64,000 nucleotides of DNA from Deltaproteobacteria bacterium (GTDB lineage: Bacteria > Desulfobacterota > Syntrophobacteria > BM002). The notes below the pieces were generated by a model. It was not told the DNA's origin. It saw nothing but the letters and a program-made list of their open reading frames with translations, and searched no databases. The first letter of the stretch is position 1. Every line of letters begins with the position of its first letter. Below are positions 1 through 10,671 of this stretch, piece by piece. The stretch spans positions 155 to 64,154 of the forward strand of contig JAJDNL010000239.1 in assembly GCA_022340745.1 (NCBI GenBank), in the 5' to 3' direction. A program made the translations under genes and the position numbers.

Positions 1-295
1 AGAGGCAAACAAATTGCGCATACCCATCGTTGCGATTGTGGACAGCAACTGCGACCCCGATCCCATCGACTATATCATTCCGGGAAATGACGACGCCATC
101 CGCTCTATCCGCCTCTTCGCTTCCAAAGTCGCGGATGCATGTTTAGAGGGCAAACAGAAAAGAGAAGAGCAACTTCAGGCAGCAATGGACAAAGCATCCA
201 CTGACGCAGAAGCGGAAGCTGCATTGATCGGCACCGCCATCTCTGCTGAAGAAGGCGGCCCGGAGATCGAGATTATCAATCCTGTGGAGGAATGA
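1..295 (+). CDS. rpsB: 30S ribosomal protein S2, C-terminal portion (5' end lies upstream of window)
   Basis: Frame-2 translation reads ...[32 protein letters not shown], the conserved S2 C-terminal core, then an acidic tail. Immediately followed by tsf as in the canonical rpsB-tsf operon. Confidence 0.85.
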   Translation, partial: EANKLRIPIVAIVDSNCDPDPIDYIIPGNDDAIRSIRLFASKVADACLEGKQKREEQLQAAMDKASTDAEAEAALIGTAISAEEGGPEIEIINPVEE

Positions 296-317
296 GCGAC
301 CTTGAAGGAGGAAAAAA

Positions 318-923
318 TTGCAGATTACTTCAGCAATGGTGAAAGAGTTGCGGGAAAAAACCAACGCTGGGATTATGGATTGTAAGGCGGCACTCCAGGA
401 AACCCAGGGTGACATGCAGAAAGCCATTGATTACCTGAGACAGAAAGGCCTGGCAGTAGCTCAAAAGCGAGGCGGCAGATCCGCCAGTGAAGGTATGGTC
501 CATTCCTACATCCACGCAGGGGGCAAAATCGGCGTCATGGTGGAAGTAAACTGTGAAACCGACTTCACCGCCAGAAACGAGGTCTTTGGCGACTTTGTCA
601 AAAACCTCGCCATGCATATTGCCGCAACGAACCCCTTGGCCATTGACCGTGAGGGTCTTGCCCAGGAAGTCGTAGCGCGTGAACAGGAAATCTACCGGGC
701 GCAGGCCCTTGAAACAGGCAAACCGGAAAACATTGTCGATAAAATTGCCGAGGGAAAACTCAATAAATTCTACCAGGAGGTTTGCCTTCTGGAGCAAGCA
801 TACGTACGCGACACTGATATTACCATCGAAGATCTTCTCAACGAGCTTCGCGCCAAGACGGGCGAAAACGTAATAGTCCGTCGTTTCATCCGTTATCAGT
901 TAGGTGAAGATTCGGCTAGCTAG
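318..923 (+). CDS. tsf: translation elongation factor Ts
   Basis: 201 aa. N-terminal UBA-like ITSAMVKELREKTNAGIMDCKAAL is the EF-Ts signature. GGAGG RBS at 307-311; rpsB-tsf-pyrH-frr synteny. Confidence 0.95.
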   Translation: MQITSAMVKELREKTNAGIMDCKAALQETQGDMQKAIDYLRQKGLAVAQKRGGRSASEGMVHSYIHAGGKIGVMVEVNCETDFTARNEVFGDFVKNLAMHIAATNPLAIDREGLAQEVVAREQEIYRAQALETGKPENIVDKIAEGKLNKFYQEVCLLEQAYVRDTDITIEDLLNELRAKTGENVIVRRFIRYQLGEDSAS

Positions 924-1240
924 CACCGTTTGTTGGATTGGCTCCGCCTAATCCACCAGAGGGTAAATCCGAAATCCGAAGCACGAAACTGGGGCCCCGC
1001 CCAAAGGGTGGGGACTCCGAAGGAGAAATCCGAAACAAACTCGAAATTCAAATGTTCAAAACAAAAGAAGCTGATACACTATATCCCGGCGTTTGGGACA
1101 TTTGGATTTTGGTAATTTGAAAATTGTTTCGAATTTCGATATTCGATATTCGATATTCTGATTTCTCTGGAGATATTACCAGGATCGAGACCGAAAACAA
1201 AAAAAGTCTGCCCCCTGAACCAGCACACTGAAAAGGGACC

Positions 1241-1969
1241 ATGCCGGAAGCTAAATACAAGCGTATACTTCTCAAGATTAGTGGTGAGGCTCTGATGGGG
1301 GACGCCTCCTTTGGTATCGTCCCTGAGATTATCGACAAGGTCGCCGCAGATATATATGAAGTGGATAGTCTGGGGGTCCAGGTTGCCGTGGTTATCGGGG
1401 GAGGCAACATCTTCCGCGGCCTGTCTGCTGCTTCTCGTGGCATGGACCGGACCTCGGCGGACCATATGGGGATGTTAGCCACGGTCATCAATGCTCTAGC
1501 ACTTCAAGATGCCCTGGAGAGATTGGGTGGTCAGACCCGGGTACAATCAGCTATAAGCATGAGAGCAGTGGCAGAACCCTACATTCGTCGTCGCGCTATT
1601 CGCCACTTGGAGAAGGGACGTATAGTAATCTTCGCCGCGGGAACCGGAAATCCTTATTTTACAACGGATACCGCTGCCGCCTTGCGCGCCATGGAGGTAC
1701 AGGCCGATGTCCTGCTGAAAGCCACCAGGGTTGATGGTGTCTATCCGGCGGATCCGGAGAAGACCCCGGGTGCCCAAATAATAGACAGGATCACTCATCT
1801 GGAAGTCCTTCATAAGCAGTTGAAAGTAATGGATGCAACTGCTATTTCTCTGGCTATGGATAATGCGATGCCCATAATCGTCTTCAACCTCACAAAGCCG
1901 GGCAACATGAAGAAAGTCGTTATGGGTGAACCGGTTGGCACAATCGTAGAGGGAGAGGATAATGCTTGA
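1241..1969 (+). CDS. pyrH: UMP kinase
   Basis: 242 aa. [12 protein letters not shown]...GGGNIFRG amino-acid kinase fold motifs; overlaps frr start by 8 nt as is typical. Confidence 0.95.
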   Translation: MPEAKYKRILLKISGEALMGDASFGIVPEIIDKVAADIYEVDSLGVQVAVVIGGGNIFRGLSAASRGMDRTSADHMGMLATVINALALQDALERLGGQTRVQSAISMRAVAEPYIRRRAIRHLEKGRIVIFAAGTGNPYFTTDTAAALRAMEVQADVLLKATRVDGVYPADPEKTPGAQIIDRITHLEVLHKQLKVMDATAISLAMDNAMPIIVFNLTKPGNMKKVVMGEPVGTIVEGEDNA

Positions 1970-2519
1970 AGAAATATTCGAAGATTTGAAGGACAGGATG
2001 GGAAAGTCAATAGAATCTCTCAAGCGAGAATACAGCCGCCTGCGCACCGGCAGGGCCTCCATTTCCCTCCTGGATGGAATCCGGGTCTCTTACTATGATA
2101 CCCTAACCCCTCTCAATCAAATGGCCTCACTGGCAGTGCCGGAACCTCGCCTCATTGTCATCCAGCCGTGGGACAAAACGGCAATTGAAGATATCGAAAA
2201 GGCAATCCTGAAATCAGAGCTGGGTCTTACCCCCATAAATGATGGAAAAGTCATACGCATATCAATACCTCCTCTCACCGAAGAACGACGGAAAGAACTG
2301 GTCAAAGTCGCGCGAAAAATGAGCGAAGAGAACAAGGTGGCTATTCGCAACATTCGTCGCGATGCCAACGAAATGCTCAAAGACCTCAAAAAAGAAAGTG
2401 AGATCACCGAGGATGACCTGTATCGGTCACAGGAAGAAGTTCAGAAAACAACCGATCAGTTTATCTCTCAGGTGGACGAACTCTGCGAAGCCAAGGAAAA
2501 AGAAATTCTTGAGATCTAG
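1962..2519 (+). CDS. frr: ribosome recycling factor
   Basis: 185 aa; RRF family pattern ([20 protein letters not shown]...IRNIRRDAN). Confidence 0.95.
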   Translation: MLEEIFEDLKDRMGKSIESLKREYSRLRTGRASISLLDGIRVSYYDTLTPLNQMASLAVPEPRLIVIQPWDKTAIEDIEKAILKSELGLTPINDGKVIRISIPPLTEERRKELVKVARKMSEENKVAIRNIRRDANEMLKDLKKESEITEDDLYRSQEEVQKTTDQFISQVDELCEAKEKEILEI

Positions 2520-2532
2520 CTCGGAATGACCA

Positions 2533-3327
2533 ATGGTTCCCGTTCCTGACCTGTCAAAACAAAATACTATTTCTGGTCAGCCCGCCACAGATAGCTCTAA
2601 TCTGAAAAAGCTGCCCCACCACCTGGCCATTATCATGGATGGTAACGGTCGTTGGGCTCAAGAGCGCAACCTCAGTCGTATAGAAGGACATCGTGCCGGA
2701 GCCGAGTCTGTTCGAATCATAGTCAGAAACTGCCGCAGAATTGGTATTCCTATCCTCACACTTTATGCCTTTTCAAAAGAGAACTGGCAACGACCAGGTC
2801 GTGAGGTTCAGGCCCTGTGGAGGCTGTTGAGCCGATATCTTAAATCTGAGCTTGACGAGATGATGGAGAACTCCATCCGTCTCAATGCCATTGGTGATAT
2901 CCAAGAACTGCCGAAAAGTGTTAATCGGTTGCTGGTAGACACCATGAACAAGACCTCGGCAAATAGTGAGATGATCCTCAACCTCGCCCTTAGCTACAGT
3001 GGCCGGACCGAGATCGTCCGAACTGCTCAAAAGCTGGCGGCGGCCTGCGTGGCCAATCAACTGAAACCCTCAGAAATAGATGAAGTAACGTTTTCCCGGA
3101 ATCTCTACACCTCAGACATGCCTGACCCGGACCTGCTTATTCGTACCAGTGGTGAACAACGGATCAGCAATTTTCTCCTGTGGCAAATGGCCTACACTGA
3201 GCTTTACGTCAGCCCGATATACTGGCCGGATTTTCGTGAGGCCCAGTTGATGGAAGCGCTCGCTGACTACCAGCGACGGGAACGCCGTTTTGGTAAAACT
3301 GGAGAACAACAGGCAAAAGAGGGGTAG
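2533..3327 (+). CDS. uppS: undecaprenyl diphosphate synthase (cis-prenyltransferase)
   Basis: 264 aa. HLAIIMDGNGRWA and RTSGEQRISNFLLWQ motifs are diagnostic of UppS. Confidence 0.9.
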   Translation: MVPVPDLSKQNTISGQPATDSSNLKKLPHHLAIIMDGNGRWAQERNLSRIEGHRAGAESVRIIVRNCRRIGIPILTLYAFSKENWQRPGREVQALWRLLSRYLKSELDEMMENSIRLNAIGDIQELPKSVNRLLVDTMNKTSANSEMILNLALSYSGRTEIVRTAQKLAAACVANQLKPSEIDEVTFSRNLYTSDMPDPDLLIRTSGEQRISNFLLWQMAYTELYVSPIYWPDFREAQLMEALADYQRRERRFGKTGEQQAKEG

Positions 3328-3896
3328 AAAATCTTTTCGCCGCCAAATGCTTAAAATACCGTCCCGCCCTGCCCTCTCCAAGTGGATTCCCCACCTGTAT
3401 CTGCAGCGCCAAGCCTCAGCCTAAGCGCTCTGCGCACCAGCAGGCTGCTGAAAAACTCAATATTTTGACTATGAGCATCAGGTCCGTCATTCCGGAAGGC
3501 GCGAAGTCCGCCTGCGGCGGAGAATCCAGTAAAAAAACAGCCCACTGGATACCGGATCTCGACTTCGTCTCGTCGGGTATGACGTTTGGGATTGTTTCCA
3601 GGATTTTTTAGCAGTCTGCAGGGAGCTTCAATATCGAATAAGGAATTTCGAACAGCAGAAGTTTCTAGAAAAAGTAAGACAATGTTTTTCACTTCGATAT
3701 TCTGCGGTTCATATTCTCGAAGACTGGATAGCTGATACTTGAGTGCTGACCGGGGAGACTGATCCGATTTTATGGCTCCTCCAGGGGCTGCCCAGAGCTG
3801 AGTTTTTGGAGCAGGATTTTTTACTCGCAACAAAGCGTTGGCTAAGGGAAGATAAGGGAATATCCCAAAACTTCCAAGGTGTGGTTACGCCTCCGG

Positions 3897-4700
3897 TTAC
3901 AATTTGTGAATCGGGCGATCCCCCTGTTGCTCGTAATAGGGCATCATCTCAGGTACATACTCGGCGAGTTTTTTCTCGCGGTTTGCCGGAGACGGGTGGG
4001 TACTGAGAAATTCGGGGGGACCTTTCCCACCAACCTGGGCCATCTTCTGCCAGAGGGTGATCGCAGCCCGTGGGTCATAGCCCGCCTTAGCTGCCAGCTC
4101 AATCCCGATACGATCCGCTTCAGACTCCGCTGTCCGACTGTTTGGTAACTGGACAGCCAGTGCAGCGGCAAGCGCCGCCCCTGTTAGTGCCAACCCCTTG
4201 CGATCAGAGGCGACACCCACCGCAGCCACTCCAACGGAAGTGGCCATGGCAATCGACATCTGTTCGGCGGAATGATTAGCCAAAGCGTGGGCAATCTCGT
4301 GTCCGAGGACTTGGGCCAGTTCATCATCCGTCGCTTTGAGCTGTATCACCAGACCACTATAGAGGGCCATCTTACCGCCGGCCATGGCCCAGGCGTTCAC
4401 TGTTTTCGGATCATCGATGATTTTGATACTCCAGTCCCACTTTTCCGTCTCCGGCCGCATTTTTATGGCCTGGGCAATCAATCGCTCGGTAATCTTATAG
4501 ACCCGAGCCTTCAAGGCCGGATCATTATCGACCTTGCCCTGCTGTTCATAGGGCTTTATCATCTCGACATACGCCTGTTTGGAGGCGGAAATGGCTGATT
4601 CCTCCGAGACGATCATGAGCTGAGGTCTTCCTGTAGGACTGGTAGCACAGCCAATGATAAATGCTATGCAAAAAATAAAGCCCAGATATTTTTTCTTCAT
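3897..4700 (-). CDS. M48-family zinc metallopeptidase lipoprotein (BepA/YfgC-like)
   Basis: HEIAHALANH (HExxH) zinc motif and M48 core. Best start is MKKKYLGFIFCIAFIIGCATS, a lipoprotein signal with lipobox Cys, at 4700; the longer upstream ORF extension is unlikely. Confidence 0.75.
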   Translation of the reverse strand: MKKKYLGFIFCIAFIIGCATSPTGRPQLMIVSEESAISASKQAYVEMIKPYEQQGKVDNDPALKARVYKITERLIAQAIKMRPETEKWDWSIKIIDDPKTVNAWAMAGGKMALYSGLVIQLKATDDELAQVLGHEIAHALANHSAEQMSIAMATSVGVAAVGVASDRKGLALTGAALAAALAVQLPNSRTAESEADRIGIELAAKAGYDPRAAITLWQKMAQVGGKGPPEFLSTHPSPANREKKLAEYVPEMMPYYEQQGDRPIHKL

Positions 4701-5165
4701 GTGCATAACCCCTAAACTCCCTGATCTCCTGGTTTCATATTTCTGCAGGGTTTGCTGGTCAAGACAATCCCTTGACCGACAAAAGTGTTCGGGAGAAGTC
4801 ATTATTTTTTTACGTTTCGCGGAAATCATAAGGTCGTTGATCTGGCATGTCAAGATCGAGCATAAAGTACGGGGGATTAGGAAGTAATTGAGGATTTCGC
4901 TTCGGGTCATGTGGCTGCGCCGTCATTAGATCATCACGCTTCGCTGTCATTTGTTGTAAGAGGTAGAGGAAGATTGCAGCTTGATGAAAGGCGCAAGGCG
5001 GTAGAAGACTAAATTCTTCCCCTGCGCCCTGCGCCTTGAGCCGTATGCCTCTCTGAATTCTGCCTACTGACTACTATCTACTGGATTCCTTGATTTTGAA
5101 TTGCGGATGGGGGATTGAGCCTTTGAGATATTGGTCCTTCGGACTCCCCACCCTTCTTGGGAATT

Positions 5166-6107
5166 TCATGGCACAATCCATACCGCAGTGTCCTTGGCCC
5201 GGTGTAGTACTTTTGTGGCAACTTGACCCAAAGGGAGTTCCTGCATTGCAGACAACCCTCTGCGTCCTATAATGAGGGCGCCATAGTCCCCTTCACTTGC
5301 TTCCTCGAGAATGTCACCTGCACGGGTTTGGCTTCGTAATTTATATTTAATTGAAATTCGTGTCCCTTGCACTCCAGCCTGCTCAAGTCGTTTCCTGTAA
5401 GAATCAAACATGCTGCAAATATCCCTCTCCACCTCTTCCAATAACTTGCTTTCTATCTCTTCGCCCCTGGGAGTGGAAACATCGAGCAATTGCAACTTAA
5501 AGTCTCGGACCACACTGAAGAGAGTTACTTCAGCACCAGCAGCAGCAGCGAAAGCTCCAACGTAATCCACCGCCCTGCGACAATTTTCAGAACCATCCAC
5601 CGCGAGAAGCATCTTTCTCAAGCGCGTATCACCCCCAATCACCCATACAGGTGTGTTTTCCACCCCTTGGGCAATCTTGTAGGAAACGGAACCGGGAAAG
5701 AGGTCTTGCATCTTGCCAGAACCTCTTCTCCCTAAAACCAAAGCGTCATAACCTTCAGAGCTCTCAGAAATAATGTCATGGGCAATGCCTATCAGCCGCT
5801 CTCTGTGTATGATGTTAATGTCCTCTTCCCTAAAATTGGCTTGGAGTATCAACTTTCTGGCTTCATCTAAGAATGCCTCTGCTGCCCTTTCCTTATTCTG
5901 CTTCCATTCAGTGTACTTTGCCCGCATCTTCCTCTTGAAAAAGCCAGCTTTCTCAAAGTCCCAGAATGCTTCAGGGGCTGTAGATATCACATACATCAGG
6001 CTAATCCTAGGGTTCAATGCAGCGCAGTTATGAGCAACATAGCTCACTGCCTTGAGTGAATGAGGCGATCCATCTACCGCAATCAGAAGTTTTTTCGATT
6101 CTATCAT
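5166..6107 (-). CDS. tandem-domain universal stress protein (UspA family)
   Basis: Two USP domains (LLIAVDGSPHS... and KMLLAVDGSENCRRA...) with G-x2-G-x9-G(S/T) ATP-binding-like motifs. Start chosen at MIESKK, preceded by a GGAGG RBS. Confidence 0.8.
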   Translation of the reverse strand: MIESKKLLIAVDGSPHSLKAVSYVAHNCAALNPRISLMYVISTAPEAFWDFEKAGFFKRKMRAKYTEWKQNKERAAEAFLDEARKLILQANFREEDINIIHRERLIGIAHDIISESSEGYDALVLGRRGSGKMQDLFPGSVSYKIAQGVENTPVWVIGGDTRLRKMLLAVDGSENCRRAVDYVGAFAAAAGAEVTLFSVVRDFKLQLLDVSTPRGEEIESKLLEEVERDICSMFDSYRKRLEQAGVQGTRISIKYKLRSQTRAGDILEEASEGDYGALIIGRRGLSAMQELPLGQVATKVLHRAKDTAVWIVP

Positions 6108-6769
6108 TCTTTGTCCTCCACCGAATGTTCTCCACCCCAACCTTGGCAATCGTGTCTCAAATGAAGGAGAACTTTAGAGCAGAACAGACAGAAATTCTTC
6201 AAACGAGAGAATTTCCTTTTATTTTGACTTCGTAAAGACGAAAGGAGGGCTCCAGTACTATTTGATGAAAAGCTGCAAAAGGTGGATCTGCGGTATGACC
6301 AAGGAGTCGACGAAAGGTGGAGTCTTTATGGTGGCAAGTGAGGTTGCTATATTCGCTAATATTAGAAACCTGACTTCACAGCAAATCCCAGGAGAATCTC
6401 AGCTAAAATCTTATACTCCCGATAGAACAAACAATGTTCTATTAGGAGTCAAACTGGCACATTTTTAGGTTCATTTCTTTCGCTAAAAGAACATGTCTGG
6501 TTACGGTTGAAAAAGGAGACCAACCTAAAATCAGAATACAATCAGGCCAGCGATTGGGTCAATATAAAAACTACTATTTCTTAGATCAATCTGCTGGTTG
6601 CAAAAGGGAGAGGGTGAAGGATAAGATCTTATACTTCAGCTGCCAATTTTTCACCCAGCTATCAAAACTGACTTGATGCCAGAACCATTTCATATTATGT
6701 TGACTTTTCTATATGTTGAGAGGAATTCTTTTCTCTAGCCTGGAGCCGTTGCGAGATCGTGGAGAAGGC

Positions 6770-7594
6770 ATGAAAAACAAGACCATTGACAAACACCACT
6801 TGTATCGCTGGCTGACCGCAGCAGTAGCTCTGCCCATACTGGCGATGATCATTGTCATAGGGCCTGACTGGCTTTTGCTGACCCTCGTACTCCTGGTTAC
6901 CGCCGGCGGACTGCTAGAGTTGTCGAGCTTGCTGCTGGCTGATAGCAAAGCTTGGCTGCGAATGTTGACCTGGAGCATGGGGCTGTTGTTGCCGCTGGCA
7001 ACTTACTGGAAAGGTCTCCTCGGCCTGACCGTAGCCACCGTCTCTACAGTCTTTGTTGCCTTGGCAGTACACCTCTTTCTTTATGCTAGAGGGGAAAAGA
7101 TTCTACCTTCATTGGGAGCTACGGTCTTTTCCCAGCTCTACATCCCCTTTTTGATAAGCCACGTTCTCCTCCTTTTTCGAGTGCCTTCGGGACGGCAGTG
7201 GATCCTCTTACTTTTCTTTGTCGTCTTTTCCTGCGATACCGGCGCCTATTACGTAGGCCACCGCTGGGGACGACATAAGCTCTGGCCTACTGTCAGTCCA
7301 GGGAAAACGGTTGAAGGGGCCATTGGCGGCCTTTTGAGTTCTGTGGCCGTGTCGCTGCTGGTCGGCACGTTGCTGCCTCTAGATGCGGCCACCGTTGGCT
7401 TCCTTCTTGCCTTAGGCTTGGTCTTGGCATTGGTGGGTCAGGTAGGTGATCTGATGGAGTCAATGCTGAAAAGGGTCAGTCAGGTCAAAGACGCCGGTGG
7501 CATACTTCCGGGACACGGCGGATTATTGGATCGACTCGACAGTCTGATCTTCGCTTTTCCCGCAGTGTATTATGGTGTGGTGTTTTTTACTTAG
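6770..7594 (+). CDS. cdsA: phosphatidate cytidylyltransferase (CDP-diglyceride synthase)
   Basis: Multi-pass membrane protein with the CdsA C-terminal signature SCDTGAYYVGHRWGRHKLWPTVSPGKTVEG. Start at the ATG after GGAGAAGG; canonical neighbour of dxr and rseP. Confidence 0.85.
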   Translation: MKNKTIDKHHLYRWLTAAVALPILAMIIVIGPDWLLLTLVLLVTAGGLLELSSLLLADSKAWLRMLTWSMGLLLPLATYWKGLLGLTVATVSTVFVALAVHLFLYARGEKILPSLGATVFSQLYIPFLISHVLLLFRVPSGRQWILLLFFVVFSCDTGAYYVGHRWGRHKLWPTVSPGKTVEGAIGGLLSSVAVSLLVGTLLPLDAATVGFLLALGLVLALVGQVGDLMESMLKRVSQVKDAGGILPGHGGLLDRLDSLIFAFPAVYYGVVFFT

Positions 7595-7680
7595 AGAAAT
7601 TGAGGGATTGAGGAGCACCGGTCTTTTTGAGAGAGTCTGGTGCAACGAGAGTAATGCAGTACTGCAAAATATAAGCTTCC

Positions 7681-7780
7681 AAGCACAAAATCTGAAGGTG
7701 TCGGGTGTCAGGTGTCAGGTGTCAGTGAGGAAAACAAAAAAACTGAAACCTGAACACTGAAACCTGAAACCTTCTCTACA
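7681..7780. repeat. heptamer-built hairpin element (family D): (GTGTCAG)3 arm / A-rich loop / (CTGAAAC)n arm
   Basis: AAGCACAAAATCTGAAGGTGTCGGGTGTCAGGTGTCAGGTGTCAG...AACTGAAACCTGAACACTGAAACCTGAAACC; arms are imperfect reverse complements. Ends 5 bp before the dxr GTG start. Confidence 0.7.
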
Positions 7781-7785
7781 TTAAG

Positions 7786-8964
7786 GTGAAAGGAAACGTT
7801 CCTTTGAAAAAAATCGCTATTCTCGGCTCCACAGGCTCCATTGGGCGCAGTGCCCTGCAGGTAGTCGAGCAATTTCCAGACCGTCTCCAGGTTGTCGCTC
7901 TAGCAGCAGGAAGAAACATCGATCTGTTAGCTGAGCAAATTCACCGCTTTCGACCCAAGCTAGCGGCGGTTCTTGATCCTCAGCTGGCCAAAGATCTAAC
8001 CAGTCGCCTGCAACCGGGCATCGAGGTGGAAGTGGTTGCCGACTCGACAGGCTATCAGCAGGTAGCCAGTTGTGCTGAGGCAGAAATGATACTCTCTTCC
8101 ATGGTCGGCGCCGCAGGACTTATCCCCACTCTCAGTGCCATTCGGGCCGGTAAGGACGTGGCATTAGCCAACAAGGAAACTCTGGTAATGGCTGGCGCCC
8201 TCGTCATGGGGGAGGTCCGCCGGTCTCAGGTGGAACTGCTTCCGGTGGACAGCGAACACAACGCCATCTTTCAAGCCTTGGAAGGACACCGCCGAGAAGA
8301 TCTTAAGCGTATTTTACTTACTGCCTCGGGCGGTCCCTTCCTGAACCTGCCCAAAGAGCAACTCGAATCCGTAACTCCAACCCAGGCTTTGGCTCACCCC
8401 AACTGGTCCATGGGTCCCAAGATTACCATTGATTCAGCCACCCTCATGAATAAAGGTCTGGAGGTCATTGAGGCTAAGTGGCTGTTTGACATTCCAGTGG
8501 AAAAAATAGATGTTCATGTCCATCCTCAGAGTATTGTCCACTCCATGGTGGAATACATTGACGGCTCGGTCATTGCCCAGATGGGTATACCTGACATGCG
8601 TATTCCCATAGCCTATGCCTTAGCCTATCCGGAACGTCTAGAGCTGGACCTGCCTCGCTTGGATTTTTTCACCGTGCAAACCCTTACGTTTCAGGAACCC
8701 GACCTCAACCGGTTCCCCTGCCTGAAATTGGCCTTTGCCGCTTGTAAGGCGGGTGGCACTATGCCAGCCGTTCTTAATGCTGCAAATGAGGTTGCAGTCC
8801 AGGCTTTTCTGGATAACCGCATCCCGTTTAGCGGAATTCCCAGATTGGTGAACCTGGCCATGGAAGAGCATGCCCTGGACCCTGGCGCTGAGCTTGAGGC
8901 CATTCTGGAAGCCGACGCCTGGGCGCGGCGACGAACCGAAGAGGAAATTCCTAATCTTCGATAA
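7786..8964 (+). CDS. dxr: 1-deoxy-D-xylulose 5-phosphate reductoisomerase
   Basis: 392 aa. ILGSTGSIG NADPH-binding N-terminus and LANKE...DSEHNAIFQ core are diagnostic of Dxr. Confidence 0.95.
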   Translation: MKGNVPLKKIAILGSTGSIGRSALQVVEQFPDRLQVVALAAGRNIDLLAEQIHRFRPKLAAVLDPQLAKDLTSRLQPGIEVEVVADSTGYQQVASCAEAEMILSSMVGAAGLIPTLSAIRAGKDVALANKETLVMAGALVMGEVRRSQVELLPVDSEHNAIFQALEGHRREDLKRILLTASGGPFLNLPKEQLESVTPTQALAHPNWSMGPKITIDSATLMNKGLEVIEAKWLFDIPVEKIDVHVHPQSIVHSMVEYIDGSVIAQMGIPDMRIPIAYALAYPERLELDLPRLDFFTVQTLTFQEPDLNRFPCLKLAFAACKAGGTMPAVLNAANEVAVQAFLDNRIPFSGIPRLVNLAMEEHALDPGAELEAILEADAWARRRTEEEIPNLR

Positions 8965-9309
8965 CAGAGTCATTGCGGATTTGGCCTTGCGTCATTTCTT
9001 CGCGCTCGCTCCGCTCCGCTCAGGCCCGCAAGCGGGTCCCTAGTTTGGTTGCGCTGTCATTGGGCCACTACGCTGCGCTGTCATTTGTTGTAAGAGGGAT
9101 AAGATCGCGGCTACCCTTCGACAAGACTTGTCGACGAGCTCAAGTCGTGTCGCTCAGGATGGGGGATGCCCTGGGCATTGGCCCAAAAACTGCATTGGAA
9201 CTACTCGTCCACTTGGTTGGCAACAGCTTTTGGCCACGTTATAATGCAAAAGAAATTTTTGCTCTTATATTAATAAACAACATGAACTGAATAGAGGAGT
9301 TAATTAATC

Positions 9310-10410
9310 TTGGAAGCGCTTTTGGAAATTTCTCGCACGATCATATCCTTTGTAGTTTCACTGGGAATCCTCATCTTTATTCATGAGTTCGGTCATTTTG
9401 TGGCCGCCAAGTTATTCGGGGTCAAAGTTGAGCGTTTTTCCTTGGGCTTTGGTCCGCGACTGCTGGGCAAAGAGGTCGGCGATACCGACTACCGCATCTC
9501 AGCGTTCCCCCTCGGCGGCTATGTCAAAATGCTGGGCGAGTCCACCGATGAAGAAATACCAGAGGAGTTGCATCCTGTCTCTTTTTCCCATCAACCCTTG
9601 CGGCGCCGCATGAACATTGTTGCAGCTGGCCCGGGCTCCAATCTGTTGTTGGCAGTTTTGCTCTATGCTTTTATCTTTGCCTTTTTTGGACTAACCGAAA
9701 CCTCCACGGACATCGGCTCAGTGACCCCTGATTCGCCCGCAGCTGCAGCCGGATTGAAAAGTAACGACAAGGTCCTGGCTATTGACGGGGCCCCAGTGAA
9801 GGTATGGAGTGACCTCTCTCAGTTAATCCAGGAAAGTGGTAACAAGAAGATCCAGCTTAAGCTGCAACGGGGAGATGAGGTGTTTACAGTGGAGCTCACT
9901 CCCGAAGTTCGGGAAACCAAAAACATACTGGGTGAGAAGATCAGCCGCCCCCTCATCGGCATCGTGGCCTCCAACAATATCGTTGTGGAGAAAGTTAACC
10001 CATTCCAGGCGGCGTATTATGCGGTCGCCCAGACGTACGGCATGATAAAGCTTACCTTCGTTGTCCTGGGCAAACTCATTGTCGGCGCGATTTCTCCCAA
10101 GACTCTGGCTGGACCTATTGGCATAGCTCAGATGTCCGGCGAGGTGGCAAAGGCTGGGCCGGTCGCCTTCCTTTATTTCCTGGCGCTCCTCAGTATTAAC
10201 TTGGGGATACTTAATCTCCTCCCCATTCCCATACTCGACGGTGGTCACCTGCTCTTCTTCTCCATAGAGGCGATCATGGGCAAGCCGCTCAGTATAAGAA
10301 AGCGTGAGGTGGCCCAGCAGGTTGGTCTCTTCCTCCTCATTGCACTGATGGTATTCGTTTTCTACAACGACATCTATCGGTTGTTTGATCCGGGGAGGGG
10401 AATGCCCTGA
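9310..10410 (+). CDS. rseP: RIP zinc metalloprotease RseP (site-2 protease)
   Basis: HEFGHFVAAK HExxH in TM1, a PDZ-like middle region, LDGGHL motif. Likely TTG start. uppS/cdsA/dxr/rseP synteny. Confidence 0.85.
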   Translation: MEALLEISRTIISFVVSLGILIFIHEFGHFVAAKLFGVKVERFSLGFGPRLLGKEVGDTDYRISAFPLGGYVKMLGESTDEEIPEELHPVSFSHQPLRRRMNIVAAGPGSNLLLAVLLYAFIFAFFGLTETSTDIGSVTPDSPAAAAGLKSNDKVLAIDGAPVKVWSDLSQLIQESGNKKIQLKLQRGDEVFTVELTPEVRETKNILGEKISRPLIGIVASNNIVVEKVNPFQAAYYAVAQTYGMIKLTFVVLGKLIVGAISPKTLAGPIGIAQMSGEVAKAGPVAFLYFLALLSINLGILNLLPIPILDGGHLLFFSIEAIMGKPLSIRKREVAQQVGLFLLIALMVFVFYNDIYRLFDPGRGMP

Positions 10411-10671
10411 TTTTTGGGCTGGCAGAGAGCGCATCTTTTAGCTACCAACTGGCCCGAAATCGTGAGCAAAAGCCATTCCTTGGTCATATGGCTGCGCCGT
10501 CAGCAAGTCATTTGGGCTTACGCCCGTCATTAAGTTGCAATTGACCATGAGTGACAGCGAAGCGTAATGACGGCCACCTTTAGTAGCCAAGTGACCATGA
10601 ATGACAGCCTAGCACAATAACTTTATAATCCATGATGCTGCGCGCTATGCGCTTAGCGCTATGCGACCATA

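Noticed and set aside
330-797. 155-aa minus-strand ORF
   Set aside because: Antisense to tsf (EF-Ts is unambiguous); no recognisable features.
3351-3833. 160-aa minus-strand ORF in the uppS-M48 spacer
   Set aside because: Runs through several dispersed repeat modules (its translation VKNIVLLFLETSAVRNSLFDIE recurs in another repeat-derived ORF at 48086-48349); almost certainly a repeat read-through, not a gene.
7701-7726. Short tandem heptamer arrays (GTGTCAG)3 considered as possible CRISPR-like or iteron arrays
   Set aside because: Repeat units are only 7 bp with no unique spacers; no cas genes in the window. They are arms of hairpin elements rather than CRISPR arrays.
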